Shown: positions 50,680-60,775, numbered from the stretch's first letter. The stretch is 64,000 nt of DNA from Deltaproteobacteria bacterium (GCA_023954745.1 JAGSHC010000001.1:14356-78355), one strand, 5' to 3'. The notes: generated from the sequence alone by a model not told the origin. Numbers and translations: made by a program.

Positions 50680-51539
50680 CCGAGCACCTCAGCGATGGCC
50701 CGCCGGACTTCGCGCTCCAGGGCCACCTGCGACTGCGGCACCACGGGGGTCGCGCTCACCCGGGCGACGCTGAAGGCGGCCCTGGTGGCGAGCCCGCCAG
50801 CGGTGGGAGTCCCGCACCCCGAGCAGTCGATGCAGGCTGCGGGCAGGTCTGCGTGCTCATCGTCGGCGCGGGCGACCGCGGACGGCGGTCCCCCATACCG
50901 CTTGAGACCCATCGAGCGAAGCTTCACCGCTTCGGCCGGATCCAGCGTTTGCATTGCGCCGAGGTCGCGAGCCCACTTCATGATCTGCGCCGTGTGTTCC
51001 ATCGTCTCGAGCTTGCAGAAAGCATCCAGAAGGGAAGTCCCCGCACACACCGCTCCGTGACGGTCCATCATCACAGCGTCGTGGTTGGCGAAGGAGGTCC
51101 CCACGAGGTCAGCGAGCTCGCTGGTGCCTGTCGTCTCGTAGGGGAGGGTCGGAATGCTCCCCAGCGTGAGCACCACCTCGGGGAGCACGCAGCGGGCCAT
51201 GGACACTCCGGCCACGGTGAATGCGACGCACATGGGCGGGTGAGCGTGCACGACCGCCTCGATGTCCGGGCGGGTGCGGTAGGCCGCGAGGTGCATCGCC
51301 ATCTCGGACGTGGGCGAGCCCGCGCCGCGGACCTTGCGCCCGTCCATGTCCACCACGACGAGGTCGGCGTCGGTAAGGAACCCCTTGTGGCAACCGGCCT
51401 TCGTGCAGAGCACGAGTTCGTCCGACAGGCGCACGCTGAGGTTGCCATCCATGGCGACCAGGAGCCGGCGCTCGTAGCAGAGACGGCTGAATCGGATCAG
51501 CTCCTCACGGAGCCGTGCCTCATTGGGGCGATGTCCCAT
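50676..51539 (-). CDS. Class II aldolase/adducin family protein with C-terminal extension
   Basis: DGNLSVR, PTSEMAMHLAAY, VVHAHP, MDRHGA; tail CIDCSGC...LEREVRRAIAEVLG. Confidence 0.92.
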   Translation of the reverse strand: MGHRPNEARLREELIRFSRLCYERRLLVAMDGNLSVRLSDELVLCTKAGCHKGFLTDADLVVVDMDGRKVRGAGSPTSEMAMHLAAYRTRPDIEAVVHAHPPMCVAFTVAGVSMARCVLPEVVLTLGSIPTLPYETTGTSELADLVGTSFANHDAVMMDRHGAVCAGTSLLDAFCKLETMEHTAQIMKWARDLGAMQTLDPAEAVKLRSMGLKRYGGPPSAVARADDEHADLPAACIDCSGCGTPTAGGLATRAAFSVARVSATPVVPQSQVALEREVRRAIAEVLG

Positions 51540-51635
51540 CAGTCCGAAAGTGTAGCGCCCCTGGGCCTCGAGGCGGCTTCGGGAACTTCTCCGCGACTCG
51601 CCGTGTCTAGGCAGAGACCCCACGGAGGAGAGCCC

Positions 51636-54038
51636 ATGTCCATCTCTCGCGCTCGGCGCGCCCGCCACGCGCGCGGGACGTCCTCAGTCCAGGTCGCCCT
51701 CGTTCTTGCCGTTGCTTTGTCCTCAGCTGCCCTCGGCGCCTTTGGTGACCGGATCGTCGAGCGGGCCCGCGAGGTCCTCGACACGGGGGACCTCGTCGCC
51801 CCTGCTTCGCCCTCCCTGTTGGCGGTCGCTCCCACCGAGCCCCAGTCCTTCCCGCGGGAGGCGAAGGCCCTCCGCGCTGCCCTGAAGCGCCCGGCATCCC
51901 CCGCGGTGCTCGCCGAGCTCGTGGGTCGGTTGGGCCTCATGGGTGACAGCAGCGACGTACGGCGCCTCGAGCCCTTTCTCGCCGATCGGTCTCCTCTCGT
52001 GCGTCACGCCGCCCTCGATGCGATGGCCCGGGTTGGTGACGACGACGCCCTCGAGCGCGTCGCTGCGTTCGCCCGTGGCTCCGCCAGCGATCCCGACGTC
52101 CATCCTGCGATTCAGGCCCTGGCGCGCAGCTCCAGCCCCCTGGCGGAGGAGACTCTGCTTGCTCTCGTGGATGGCGCCGAGCAGTGGCGACGGGACGCGG
52201 CCCTCGGTGCGCTCTCGGTGCGAGGGGGTGCGAAGGCTCGGCAGGTGCTCCATCGCGAGCTGCTCTCGGGGCCCGTCGGCCAGTCCTGGAGCGCGGCGCA
52301 CAACGTGGCTCGCTTGGGAGAGGCGGCGGACGCCCGGCTGCTGATGCGCCTCGCTGCGGGCACCGGCCAGAGGTCCGACGCGGCGCTGTCGTCCTTGAGT
52401 TCCCTGCCTGGCGACGATGTCGATGGGTTCCTCATCACCCTGGCGAGCACGGCGACGGGCAACCGCAAGGGGCAGCTTCTGGGGGCGCTGGGGCAGGTGC
52501 GAGACCCTGCCGCCCTCGACGTCCTCGACGAGGTCTTCGATGGGCCCGCTCGCTGGCATGGCTACGCATGGCAGGCGCTCGGGGCGAGCCAGGCTCCCGG
52601 TGCCCTGGAGCTGCTCCTCGACCGGGTCCCCGATGCCCGCACGAGCCAGGCGTCCGAGCTCTGCAACGCCCTCGGCGCCCGCTCCGAGGAGGAGGCGCGC
52701 CTCACGTTGCGATCCCTCGCGCGGGGTGACGACGCCTTCGCCGCGGCCGCCCTGGGGAGCCTCGCCTCCCTCGAGGACTCCAAGGTCACCGACCTGTTGC
52801 TTTCCCGGTACGACGAGGAAGGGCGTCTGCCCCCGCCGGAGTCGCTGATGCACCTCGCCACCCGCGGCGGTGACGAGGGGTGGGAGCTTCTCGAGGAGGT
52901 GCTCGCCGAAGGCAGTCAAAGCGACCGCGGTTCCGTGGTGTGGGCCCTTCAGCAGCGGGGGGACGAGGATGCGAGAGACCGGCTCTTGGCCCTCGCCCGT
53001 GGTGGTGACCCGATGCTCGCCCCCCAGGCGCTGGGGGCCCTGGAGAACATGGACGAAGACGCCCGCGACGCGCTTCGTGGTCTCCTGGTCGAGCGGGTGG
53101 AGGGTGGAGAGGTGCATGACTGGGGTCAGTCGATGCAAACCCTTGCTCGTCTCGGAGGCGAGGACGCGCGGCGGATCCTCACCACGCGCGTGGAGGAGGG
53201 GACCGCCCAGGAGCGAGCCAATGCGCTGGGCGCCCTCGCCCAGATGGATGATCCCCAGGCGCAAGCGACCCTCGCCGGGGTCTTCGAGGAGACCGACGAC
53301 CCGGCGCTGCGGTCCCAGGCGCTGAGCTACATGCTGTGGAGCCCGGACGGCATCGACCCGGACCTCCTCGACGAGGCGTTGGCCGACGACGACCCCATGG
53401 TGGTCTCCCAAGTCATCAGCGCGCTGCCGCAGTCTGGTGGCGAGGACGTGAAGGAGCGGCTCCTGGCCTTTGCCGACGCGGATGACGCCTCCGTCCGCGG
53501 AGCTGCCCTCGGAGCCTTGGCTCAGACTGGCGGCCTCGAGGCCGAAGCGGCGCTGGTGTCTGCTCTCGACGATCCCGATGTCGCCTCCCAGGCAGTGTGG
53601 AACCTCCAGTCCCTTGGCACGCAGGGAGCGCGCGATGCCCTGCGGGGTGCGGCCCGCTCGGACGATCCGACGGTGCGCAGCCAGGCCATCGGCGCCCTGG
53701 GGATGGACCCGTCGGCGGAGGCGGACGAGCTGCTCCGGGAGGGATTGGACGCCGCGGACGAGTCCGTGGTCCTCGCGGCGGTGGGCGCGATGCAGAGCCG
53801 GGGGAACAGCTCGGCGGCGGAGGCGTTGGCGGAGCTTCTGACGAACGTCGCCGATGACGACGAATCCGTGGTGCGGACCCAGGTCGCTTGGGCCTTGCAG
53901 GCCATCGGTGGTCGGGTCGCTGAGGAGCACGCGGACCTCATCGCGGAGGTCCAGGGGGGCCCGATGGGCGAGGACGGGCTCGGACTCGAGTCGTTCGAGC
54001 TCCACCTCGGGCACGAGGGCTCTTGGATCTCGCCTTGA
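51636..54038 (+). CDS. Exported or membrane-anchored HEAT-repeat protein
   Basis: N-terminal hydrophobic segment; many D..VR..A..ALG repeats. GGAGGAG SD before ATG 51636. Confidence 0.85.
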   Translation: MSISRARRARHARGTSSVQVALVLAVALSSAALGAFGDRIVERAREVLDTGDLVAPASPSLLAVAPTEPQSFPREAKALRAALKRPASPAVLAELVGRLGLMGDSSDVRRLEPFLADRSPLVRHAALDAMARVGDDDALERVAAFARGSASDPDVHPAIQALARSSSPLAEETLLALVDGAEQWRRDAALGALSVRGGAKARQVLHRELLSGPVGQSWSAAHNVARLGEAADARLLMRLAAGTGQRSDAALSSLSSLPGDDVDGFLITLASTATGNRKGQLLGALGQVRDPAALDVLDEVFDGPARWHGYAWQALGASQAPGALELLLDRVPDARTSQASELCNALGARSEEEARLTLRSLARGDDAFAAAALGSLASLEDSKVTDLLLSRYDEEGRLPPPESLMHLATRGGDEGWELLEEVLAEGSQSDRGSVVWALQQRGDEDARDRLLALARGGDPMLAPQALGALENMDEDARDALRGLLVERVEGGEVHDWGQSMQTLARLGGEDARRILTTRVEEGTAQERANALGALAQMDDPQAQATLAGVFEETDDPALRSQALSYMLWSPDGIDPDLLDEALADDDPMVVSQVISALPQSGGEDVKERLLAFADADDASVRGAALGALAQTGGLEAEAALVSALDDPDVASQAVWNLQSLGTQGARDALRGAARSDDPTVRSQAIGALGMDPSAEADELLREGLDAADESVVLAAVGAMQSRGNSSAAEALAELLTNVADDDESVVRTQVAWALQAIGGRVAEEHADLIAEVQGGPMGEDGLGLESFELHLGHEGSWISP

Positions 54039-54154
54039 CCCCAGCCGTACAGCGCGCTCGCGCCGAGGCGCGCTGGAACCTGGGTCTGGACGACGCCCTG
54101 CGCCGCTGAGGTCCTGGGCTGACAGCGGCCTTCTGGTCCGTATCCTGTATGGCG

Positions 54155-55054
54155 ATGTCGTCTGTCGTCATTGCAATTCCCCATGCCGCGACCTCCCTCC
54201 CCGTGGAGGTCCGGGAGGACTACCTGCCCCATGTGACCCCGCAGTTCCTGCGGTCCATGAGCGACGTCGACACCGACATCATCTACACGCTCCCGGGGGT
54301 TCGCTCGGTCCGGTACGACTACACGCGCTTCCTCGCAGACCCCAATCGCGGGGAGCAGCAGGAGAACGAGGGTGGCGTGGTTCCCACGACGGACTTCGCA
54401 GAGGAGGGGATCTACAAGGCCTCCTGCGAGCCTGACGGCGAAGAGATCTGGCGTCGGATCCTCCGCTACCACCGGCCCTATCACGCCCGCGTGCGGGCCG
54501 AGGTCGCCGACCCCCGCACCCTCTTCTTCATCGACGCCCACTCCATGAGCGGGACGGCCCCGGTGCGGTCGCCGGACTTCGGGCGGGCCCGACCCGATGC
54601 GGTGCTCTCCAATCGAGGGGACTTCTTCGGCCTCGAGGTGTCCGGGAACGAGGTGGCGTCCGACCCGAACAAGGGGGGAGGCCCCCTGACGTGCCCCCCC
54701 GACCTCACCCAGCAGCTGTCCGAGCGGCTCAGTCACTGGCTGACCGCGTTGCCGGTCCCGCATCCCCGGCAGGGACGCGCTCCCACTGGGGAGGTGCGCA
54801 TCAACGATCCGTTTCCCGGGGGACACGGGGTGCGGACGCATGCACACCCGCGCGAGGGGATCCCGGGGCTTCAGCTCGAGCTGAACCAGGCGCTGTGGTG
54901 CGAAGAAGACACCTTTGAGCGCATTCCGGGGCGGATCGAGTGGATCCGGAAGGTCATGTCGCATTGGCTCGAGGAGCTCGTGGACCTCCGGGCCGCCTGG
55001 GACGGGGACTTGACCGACACCATCCTCCAGCTGCGGCCCATTCGAGCCGTCTGA
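54155..55054 (+). CDS. hutG: N-formylglutamate amidohydrolase
   Basis: IAIPHA, DVDTD, RFLADPNR, YHRPYH, IDAHSM, NDPFPGG, LQLELN. Start ATG 54149 or 54155. Confidence 0.85.
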   Translation: MSSVVIAIPHAATSLPVEVREDYLPHVTPQFLRSMSDVDTDIIYTLPGVRSVRYDYTRFLADPNRGEQQENEGGVVPTTDFAEEGIYKASCEPDGEEIWRRILRYHRPYHARVRAEVADPRTLFFIDAHSMSGTAPVRSPDFGRARPDAVLSNRGDFFGLEVSGNEVASDPNKGGGPLTCPPDLTQQLSERLSHWLTALPVPHPRQGRAPTGEVRINDPFPGGHGVRTHAHPREGIPGLQLELNQALWCEEDTFERIPGRIEWIRKVMSHWLEELVDLRAAWDGDLTDTILQLRPIRAV

Positions 55055-55138
55055 AGCCCGCGGGTCTGGCCCAGCAGTTGAAGGAGGAGTCCCCATACGT
55101 CTGTGCGGGCCCTTGGGCCGCCGATCGGCTTCGCAGCC

Positions 55139-56551
55139 CTAGCTGACGAGCGAACGCATCACCGTCTCGAAACCGGCTCGGGCCTCGCGCCAGCCCGGGT
55201 GGTGTCCGTTGTTGACGACGCGAGCGCCGCCCACCCACACGTCCTGCACCAGCTCCGCGCTGCCGGACAGCGCCATGGCTGCCAAGAGAGAGTGACCTCC
55301 CTCTGCGCCGACGGAACTGCCGACCAGCCGGGGGCTCTCGAGGTCGATGGAGACCAGGTCTGCGCGGCTGCCGGGGTGGATGCGCCCCGCGTCGAGCCCG
55401 CAAGCCCGCGCGCCACCGCGAGTGCCCGCGGCGATCAGCGGTCCGCCCACGGCGCCTCCAGGCCCTACCCCAGCGAGCACGTTGCGCTTGCCGCTGCGTA
55501 GGCGCTCCCCGTTCTCCAGGGCCGCGATCTCCGCGAAGGGGTCGACGTTGGCGTGGGAGTCGCTGCCGATGGAGAGGCTGACGCCTGCGTCCACCAGATC
55601 GCGCAGCGGCGGCAGACCGTCCCCGAGGTTGCGCTCCGTCGTCGGACACACGCAGACCTGGGCGCCACTCTCTCCCAGCAGTCGCACCTCGGCTTCGTCG
55701 ATGTGCGTGGCGTGCACTCCCACGAACTGGGGACTCAGGAGCCCTACGTCGGCGAGCAGCTCGATGGGCCGCAGCCCGTGCTCGGCGAGGCACTGCGCGA
55801 TCTCCTTTGGCTGCTCGTTCACGTGCGCATGCACGACGCCTCCCAGAGCTGCCATCTCTTCGAGGAAGGAGCGGTCGAGGGCCCGGACCGAGTGGGCGGC
55901 CATCCCGACCTGCACGGGGCACCGCCCCAGGTCTGCGAGCTCCCGGGAGCCTGAGAGGGTGTTCGCGAAGGCGTCGGCGTCGCGGTGCAGAAAGCGTCGC
56001 TGCTTCGCGCTGGCCGGAGTGCCCGGACCCCCGCGCTGGTAGGCGACTGGGAGGAGGGTCATGCCGATGCCCGCAGTCCTGGCCGACGCCACCACCCGGC
56101 GGCTCAGCTCCAGGGGGTCGGCGTAGGGAGTGCCGTCCGGCTGGTGATGCACGTAGTGAAACTCGGCCACGTGGGTGTATCCCGCCCGCAGCATCTCGGC
56201 GTAGGCGAAGGTCGTGACGGCTTCGATCTGCTCGGGGTCGAGCCGGGTCGCCGCGTCGTACATCGCTGCGCGCCAGGCCCAGAAGTCGTCGTCCTCGTGT
56301 CCTGGTTCGCGGTACTCGGTGCGCCCGCGCAACACCCGTTGGAACGCGTGGCTGTGGGCGTTGACGAAGCCGGGCAGGAGCGCCTTGCCAGCTAGCCGAA
56401 CGACGGAGGACTCTCCCGTGTCCGAGGGTGCGGACAGCTCCCTCGCCGGGCCAACGGCGAGCACCCGCCCGTCGTCTCCCACCGACACCGCGAGGTGGGG
56501 CTGGAGGACTCCGTCGAAGAGCGTGTAGTCGGCGTGCAGAACGACAGTCAT
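55139..56551 (-). CDS. hutF: Formimidoylglutamate deiminase
   Basis: PGFVNAHSHAFQRVLRG, FWAWR, AEFHYVHH, HSVRA, CPTTERNLGDG, GSDSH. Confidence 0.93.
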   Translation of the reverse strand: MTVVLHADYTLFDGVLQPHLAVSVGDDGRVLAVGPARELSAPSDTGESSVVRLAGKALLPGFVNAHSHAFQRVLRGRTEYREPGHEDDDFWAWRAAMYDAATRLDPEQIEAVTTFAYAEMLRAGYTHVAEFHYVHHQPDGTPYADPLELSRRVVASARTAGIGMTLLPVAYQRGGPGTPASAKQRRFLHRDADAFANTLSGSRELADLGRCPVQVGMAAHSVRALDRSFLEEMAALGGVVHAHVNEQPKEIAQCLAEHGLRPIELLADVGLLSPQFVGVHATHIDEAEVRLLGESGAQVCVCPTTERNLGDGLPPLRDLVDAGVSLSIGSDSHANVDPFAEIAALENGERLRSGKRNVLAGVGPGGAVGGPLIAAGTRGGARACGLDAGRIHPGSRADLVSIDLESPRLVGSSVGAEGGHSLLAAMALSGSAELVQDVWVGGARVVNNGHHPGWREARAGFETVMRSLVS

Positions 56552-56607
56552 GAGGCCCAGGCTAGCCCGGATTTCTGCTAGATATCCGGCCCCATCCCGG
56601 AGCACCG

Positions 56608-58818
56608 ATGAGCAAGAAGTCGAAGAAGGCCAAGGCCCCAGAGCTCACCCCCGACGAGCTCCGTCATGCCTACCGGGTCGCGGTGCGCAACCGGTCCATG
56701 GACGAACGCATCGTGCGGCTGCTCTCCCAGGGGCGCGTGAAGTTCGCCATCTACGGGCCTGGTCAGGAGATGCACGCCACCGCCACCGCTCTGGCGTGGC
56801 ACAAGGCCACCGGCGGGAAGGACTTCGGCTTCTGCGGCCACTACCGCAGCGGCACGCTCGTCTCCATGTGGTCCGAGCTGACCGGCCGTGAGGACTTCGT
56901 CAAGGACGTGCTCCGCCAGCAGCTCAGCAAGGCGACGGACCCCTTCTCAGGTGGTCGTCAGATGGTGAACCACCTCATCGACATCCCCCGCGGGATCCTG
57001 CCCATCCAGAGCCCCCTGGGGATGAACCTCGGCAAGGCCGCGGGTTGGGCCCAGGCACAGAAGCTCATGGGCATGAGCAACGGCTTCGTGGCCGCGACCA
57101 TCGGCGACGGCAGCACCGCCGAAGGCGACCTGCACGACACCATGAACGCCATCAGCGTGTGGTCGCTTCCGATGCTGGTCATGGTCACCGACAACGAGGT
57201 GGCCATCTCGACGAAGCCCAGCGAGGGCCGCGGGATCAAGAACCTCGACAAGTACGCCAAGGCGTTCGACCTCGAGTTCTTCGAGGCCGACGGGAACGAC
57301 TTCTTCGCTTGCTACGAGACGGCCTACCGCGCCGCCCGGTACTGCATCGAGAACCAGCGTGGCGCCATGTGGCACGTGCATGGCCTCTCGCGGCTGAACG
57401 GCCACAGCTCCGCGGGCAACTACCGCTTCAACTTGGAGCAGACCGACCCCCTCGGCGTCTTCGGGCCGGAGCTGGTGAAGCGCGGGGTGCTCGAGCAGAG
57501 CGACATCGTCACGCGGGTGCCCGGAGAGGGCGCCGACTACTTCGCCCACCACGACCTGGGGCGCATCATGGGCGAGGAGGACGCCATCGTCGGGCGTTGG
57601 ATGCAGGAGGTCGAAGCCGAGGCTGACCCTGACCCCAACGGCATCTACGAGTGGACGCGTCCGGCCTTCCCGCAGGTGGACGACCCGGCGGACCTGAGCT
57701 CGCGGCCGCGCACCAACGTCACCTACGCCGGCGCGCTGCGCTCTGCCCACAAGCACATCCTCGAGTCTCGCCCATCCGGGGTGTGGGGGCAGGACGTCGG
57801 TCACCTCGGCGGGGTGATGCAGGCGACGGCAGGCCTCAAGGACTTGTTCCCGGACCGCGTGATCGACGCGCCCATCAACGAGCCACTCATCGTGGGGACC
57901 GCGGTGGGCGCGGGCATGCACCCGGACTTCACGGCGCTGCCGGAGATTCAGTTCGGCGACTACTCGCTCAACGCCTATCACTGGCTCGTGCACATGGGGA
58001 ACCTCTACTGGTCCTCCTTGGGCCAGGCCAAGCCCAGCGTGATCCTGCGGATGCCCTCGGACCCCTTCGGTGGCGGCGCGATGTATCACTCGATGTCTCT
58101 GGACGGCTTCTTCTCGGCCATCCCGGGTCTCGTCATCTGCATGCCGAGCACCAGCTACGACGCCTACGGCTTGATGCTCTCGGCGGCCGACTACGGTGGT
58201 CCCGTCGTGATGCTCGAGCCGAAGTACTGCTACCGCCGCACCAACGGCCCTGCGTTCCCGCAGGAGCCAGACCCCTCCGACAAGGCCGCCGTCAAGGCGC
58301 TCAAGGACCACATCCGACGCGGCGGGATCCCCGAGATCGGCGAGGGCGTGCGCGTCCCGCTCGGCAAGGGAATCGTGCGCCACGAAGGCGGGGACCTCAC
58401 GGTGGTCGGTTGGGGGCGCGGCGCGCTCTACGGCCTCGAGGTCGCCGAGAAGCTCGCTGGTGAAGGCATCGGCATCGACATGATCGACCTGCGCACCATC
58501 GTGCCGCCGGACATGGACCTCGTGTTCGAGTCGGTGCAGAAGACCGGGCGCTTGCTGGTCGTTGCGGACGACCGGCCCTTCGCCGGCTTCCATCGAGAGA
58601 TTCAGGCCCAGGTGGTCGAGGCGTTCCCCGGGGTACCCACGAAGGCCGTCGGCATGAAGAACGTCCCTGCCGTGTCGCAGAACGAGATGATCGAGGAGCA
58701 CACCGTGCTCACCCCCGAGCGTCTCGAGGAGGCGGCTCGCGCCCTGCTCGCCGGAGCAGTGAAGAGCACCGGAGCCGCGGGCTGGAACTGGATGCCCAGC
58801 CGCTACATCACCGGCTGA
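56608..58818 (+). CDS. Fused E1 alpha-beta 2-oxoacid dehydrogenase (branched-chain/pyruvate type)
   Basis: ThDP motif GDGSTAEGD...DNEVAIST; beta domain GQDVG, DAPINE, PEIQFGDY, IDLRTIVP. Confidence 0.9.
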   Translation: MSKKSKKAKAPELTPDELRHAYRVAVRNRSMDERIVRLLSQGRVKFAIYGPGQEMHATATALAWHKATGGKDFGFCGHYRSGTLVSMWSELTGREDFVKDVLRQQLSKATDPFSGGRQMVNHLIDIPRGILPIQSPLGMNLGKAAGWAQAQKLMGMSNGFVAATIGDGSTAEGDLHDTMNAISVWSLPMLVMVTDNEVAISTKPSEGRGIKNLDKYAKAFDLEFFEADGNDFFACYETAYRAARYCIENQRGAMWHVHGLSRLNGHSSAGNYRFNLEQTDPLGVFGPELVKRGVLEQSDIVTRVPGEGADYFAHHDLGRIMGEEDAIVGRWMQEVEAEADPDPNGIYEWTRPAFPQVDDPADLSSRPRTNVTYAGALRSAHKHILESRPSGVWGQDVGHLGGVMQATAGLKDLFPDRVIDAPINEPLIVGTAVGAGMHPDFTALPEIQFGDYSLNAYHWLVHMGNLYWSSLGQAKPSVILRMPSDPFGGGAMYHSMSLDGFFSAIPGLVICMPSTSYDAYGLMLSAADYGGPVVMLEPKYCYRRTNGPAFPQEPDPSDKAAVKALKDHIRRGGIPEIGEGVRVPLGKGIVRHEGGDLTVVGWGRGALYGLEVAEKLAGEGIGIDMIDLRTIVPPDMDLVFESVQKTGRLLVVADDRPFAGFHREIQAQVVEAFPGVPTKAVGMKNVPAVSQNEMIEEHTVLTPERLEEAARALLAGAVKSTGAAGWNWMPSRYITG

Positions 58819-58865
58819 GACGGCGTCGGGGCCTCGATCTCCGCGTCAGCGTCGGTTGTCGGTCG

Positions 58866-59024
58866 GTGCGACGTGCGGGAGCACGCCTCCCTCCGCTCCG
58901 CCCCTCGCGGCGGCGGTGGCGGCGACTCACCGCGCAGTTCGAGCACACGGTCCTGGTGACCGAGTCGGGCCTCGAGGTGCTCACTCGCGCACCTGCGGTG
59001 GATCGGCCTCCGAGGCGTGACTAG
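58866..59024 (+). pseudogene. C-terminal relic of methionine aminopeptidase (map)
   Basis: Manual translation of 58926-59024 gives LTAQFEHTVLVTESGLEVLTR...stop, matching the MetAP C-terminal SAQFEHTxxVT..G.E.LT. Only about 200 bp are available after the upstream gene. Confidence 0.7.
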
Positions 59025-59033
59025 TCTGAGGAG

Positions 59034-60770
59034 GTGACTGCCTGGCGCCTCCTCCCGATGCTCGCCCTTCTGGCTCCGCTCCCCGCGGTGGGGCAGGCGG
59101 TCTCGCAGCATTCCGAGCCGGGGCCTGCGGCCAAGTCGAGTGGCCCGCTCCCCACCCTCTCGGGGATCCCCATCACCTTCGAGTGCACCGGCGAGTTGCC
59201 GCCGAACCACCCGGTCCTTGGCCGCTATCCCGGGCAAGACGCCCACTCTCTGGCGGAAGCCGGGGGCCTCTCGGGAGCAGCCGAGTACATCGATCAGTCC
59301 GTCTGTGGCTCGCTCTGGCGCGTCCTCGAGGATGCGGGAGCCCACCGCGCACCCACCGATGTGCGCCTGCCTGCGCGCGGCGTGCTCCAGGCGAGCCTCA
59401 AGCGGATGTGGATCGAGGGAAGCCGCGTGGTCGAGCAACGCATTGGGTCCACGATCATGCCCATGTCCATTCCCCACTGGGCCGTGGCGATGTCGTGGGA
59501 GGTCACGTTCACCGTGGAGTACTCGGGCAGCCTGGAGGGCCGCAGCGACGAGGGGCGCCTGCTCTTCGAGATGGCCGGAGCAGCGGAGCAGGACGACTAC
59601 GCCCAGCTGAACTTGGATTCGCTGTTGCGCGGGGCCGCCCTCGAGACCTTCGCGGACCTCCCCCGGGTCCTGGCCGACGACGGACATCTGGGCGACCTGC
59701 TCTTTGCAGTCGTCCCATCGCCCGAGCAGGCGCCAGAGGAGCTCGAGCTCGCAGGGGAGGCTGCCGAGGGCTTCTGGCAGCTCTTGTCGACCCGTTCGGA
59801 GCAGCGACACGACGCCATGGCCTTCTACCTGGCCAGCGATGCGCTCACTGTCGCCCGTCGCGTGGAGCTGGCCCGCTGGTTTCTCATCAATGACCCGGAC
59901 GTGAGCCTCCGTCGTGACGCCCTCGGCTGGCTGCTCCACCAGGAGAACTCCGACCCCGACGCGGACTTCTCGGCGCCGATGATGGAGCTGCTGTCGTGGC
60001 TCGTCCTCCGGGAGCGGAGCTCGAGGGTCCGGGCTGAGGCAGTGCGGGTCCTCGGGACGCGGCCGGGAGAGCAGACCCGGCTGTTGCTCGTAGCCGCAAG
60101 CACCGACGCCGACAAGAGGGTGGCCGACCGAGCGATGACGGGTCTGCGCAAGGAGCCGCCGCCGACCGCCGCCGACCTCGCGATGGTCCCCGCGGAGCCG
60201 GCGATGCCTGCGATGGCGAGCTGGACCTGGGCCCTGGACGGGCGCGTGGCTCCCAAGGTGCCCTCGGCACAGTCGCTGGTGGGTCTCGCTCTGGCGGTGG
60301 GCGGGCCTGCGGCGGAGACCTGGCTGGCGCGGTGGGCTGTCGGTGGAGAGCTCGGTCGCGGCGACGAGGAGTGGGCGTTCGACGCCTGGTCGCGGATGGT
60401 GCGAGAGGCTCCGCTGCGGGTGAAGGTGCACACCCTCGAGCGGCTCGCGTCTCTCGCTGGGCAGAGCGCGGTCGCCCAGCTCATCGAGGAGCGGATCGAC
60501 AAGGAGAAGCACCCCACTGTGCGGGTGGCGGCCATCTCCGCGGTGCGGCGCTTCGACCGGCCAGGTCTCGACAGCCTCCTGATCGAGGCGTCGCGCGCGG
60601 CGGAGACGGAGGTTCGGATCGCCGCAGTGGACGCCCTGACTCGAGTTCCTGGGCTCAAGGTGGACGAGCGGTTGGAGCGGCTCTCATCCGACGACCCGGA
60701 CAACAAGGTGCGTCGCCGCGCCCGGCGGGTGCTCAGGACCCGGGCGAAAGAAGCCTGGGACCAGGGTTAG
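59034..60770 (+). CDS. Secreted protein with C-terminal HEAT repeats
   Basis: Signal-peptide-like N-terminus; DPDVSLRRDAL, EKHPTVRVAAI, DPDNKVRRRA repeats. Confidence 0.78.
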   Translation: MTAWRLLPMLALLAPLPAVGQAVSQHSEPGPAAKSSGPLPTLSGIPITFECTGELPPNHPVLGRYPGQDAHSLAEAGGLSGAAEYIDQSVCGSLWRVLEDAGAHRAPTDVRLPARGVLQASLKRMWIEGSRVVEQRIGSTIMPMSIPHWAVAMSWEVTFTVEYSGSLEGRSDEGRLLFEMAGAAEQDDYAQLNLDSLLRGAALETFADLPRVLADDGHLGDLLFAVVPSPEQAPEELELAGEAAEGFWQLLSTRSEQRHDAMAFYLASDALTVARRVELARWFLINDPDVSLRRDALGWLLHQENSDPDADFSAPMMELLSWLVLRERSSRVRAEAVRVLGTRPGEQTRLLLVAASTDADKRVADRAMTGLRKEPPPTAADLAMVPAEPAMPAMASWTWALDGRVAPKVPSAQSLVGLALAVGGPAAETWLARWAVGGELGRGDEEWAFDAWSRMVREAPLRVKVHTLERLASLAGQSAVAQLIEERIDKEKHPTVRVAAISAVRRFDRPGLDSLLIEASRAAETEVRIAAVDALTRVPGLKVDERLERLSSDDPDNKVRRRARRVLRTRAKEAWDQG

Positions 60771-60775
60771 TCGCG

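Noticed and set aside
50853..51635. N-terminal extension of the HEAT ORF
   Set aside because: It is antisense to the aldolase; a strong GGAGGAG SD precedes ATG 51636.
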